DNA of 63,983 nt, the filler included, from Hyphochytrium catenoides (taxonomy: Eukaryota; Protista; Hyphochytriomycota), in assembly GCA_900088475.1 (NCBI GenBank). It is 6 parts of 6 records of this genome, joined end to end, with 100 filler letters (N's around TTAATTAATTAA, not from the genome) between each part and the next. Parts side by side here need not be neighbours in the genome. Positions count along the whole stretch, not along the records: positions 62,966 to 63,983 come from FLMG01002573.1; 5 more parts are not named here. The stretch is one strand, 5' to 3'. The translations under genes were made by a program, and so were the position numbers. The first letter of the stretch is position 1. Each line of letters opens with the position of its first letter. The notes under the pieces are model-generated. The model was given only the letters and a program-made list of their open reading frames with translations, was not told the origin of the DNA and did not search any database. Shown in pieces: positions 63,176-63,983 of the stretch.

Positions 63176-63785
63176 TTGTGGCTATGAAAAGCATCAACAT
63201 GCTTCCTCGTCATCTCTCCTCCTTTGTCCTGCAACTGTCCTGTTCGTTGAGGCAGAAGCGCTTTGGACTTTGGATCAACTGTGACACGGCGAGGTACTAT
63301 GCATCACCCCAAGATGAGAGAGAGAGATTAAGAGACAGAGAGAGGAGAGAGAGGAGAGAGAGGAGAGAGAGGAGAGGAAGGTACTGGACCCAAGAGAGAG
63401 GAAGATGATGAAGAACATCATTGGTATAAAGAGATAGAGGAACAGGGACAGGAATAGACAGAGAGAAGGAGGAAGAGAGAGACACAGAGAGTGTGAGAGA
63501 CCTTCCCACTAATGAAGATCAATGGGGTGGGACAATGGATAAGAAAGAGAAGAGAGTCACTGGTCTCTCACTTTCTACCTCGCTAAAAGCTGCTTCCTAA
63601 CTTTATAGGCCAACAGACAAAGGTAGGGAGAGCGAGATAACGTCTTTATAAGCAAGGAACGACGAGAAGACAGAGTGAAGAAACTAGATAGGAAAACCCT
63701 TGGACATACCTTGGAAGACGTGGGAAGACATTGCACGGGTTTGGACATCTTTCAGCAGTTCTTCAACTGCAACATCTCTCTGCAT
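62966..63785 (-). CDS. Internal exons of an unidentified gene
   Basis: Exon-like islands (MQRDVAVEELLKDVQTR...; VPRRVTVDPK...) with AG/GT borders, separated by introns that are CT-rich on the minus strand. Confidence 0.4.
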
Positions 63786-63852
63786 CTACAAGTGGGAAAG
63801 AGAAAGACAGCGAAGAGAGAAAGAAGGGTGAAAGAGGAAGAGAAGAAGAGGC

Positions 63853-63899
<47 letters not shown>

Positions 63900-63983
63900 A
63901 GAGAAGAGAAGGTGTAAGAAAGGAGAGCAGAACAAGAGAAAGAGACAGAACGAGAGAAAAGAGTGAAAGAGAAACGGCAGAGA

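Overview
Eukaryotic, intron-rich genomic DNA read with the standard genetic code. The HSP70 sequence looks stramenopile-like, and CFAP210 implies a flagellated stage. The window is six separate contigs joined by artificial 100-nt linkers (N44-TTAATTAATTAA-N44), so adjacency across 28836, 39815, 54397, 61714 and 62866 is not biological. About 19 spliced genes were reconstructed by hand: Cdc25-like (partial), SDR, BTB/BACK-SPRY, GPR107/108, DAGL-like lipase, DPH5, SAR1, UBC1/UBE2K, a dDENN+ENTH protein, a RuvC-fold nuclease, an EF-hand protein, HSP70, a METTL7-like methyltransferase, an ankyrin protein, PPIL1, CFAP210, an ARM-like protein and some orphans. Most short ORFs in the supplied track are artefacts of (GA)n/(CT)n tracts. 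Best leads: (1) a nuclear, multi-intron RuvC-type Holliday-junction resolvase with the full acidic tetrad and a possible mitochondrial presequence; (2) an apparent DENN (Rab-GEF)-ENTH (epsin) fusion carrying coat-binding motifs; (3) a sharp partition into microsatellite-saturated long-intron domains and clean short-intron domains; (4) animal-like CCAAT/CDE/CHR and E2F motifs upstream of Cdc25; (5) an 11-residue helical repeat upstream of ankyrin repeats. All family calls come from motif recognition; no database search was run.
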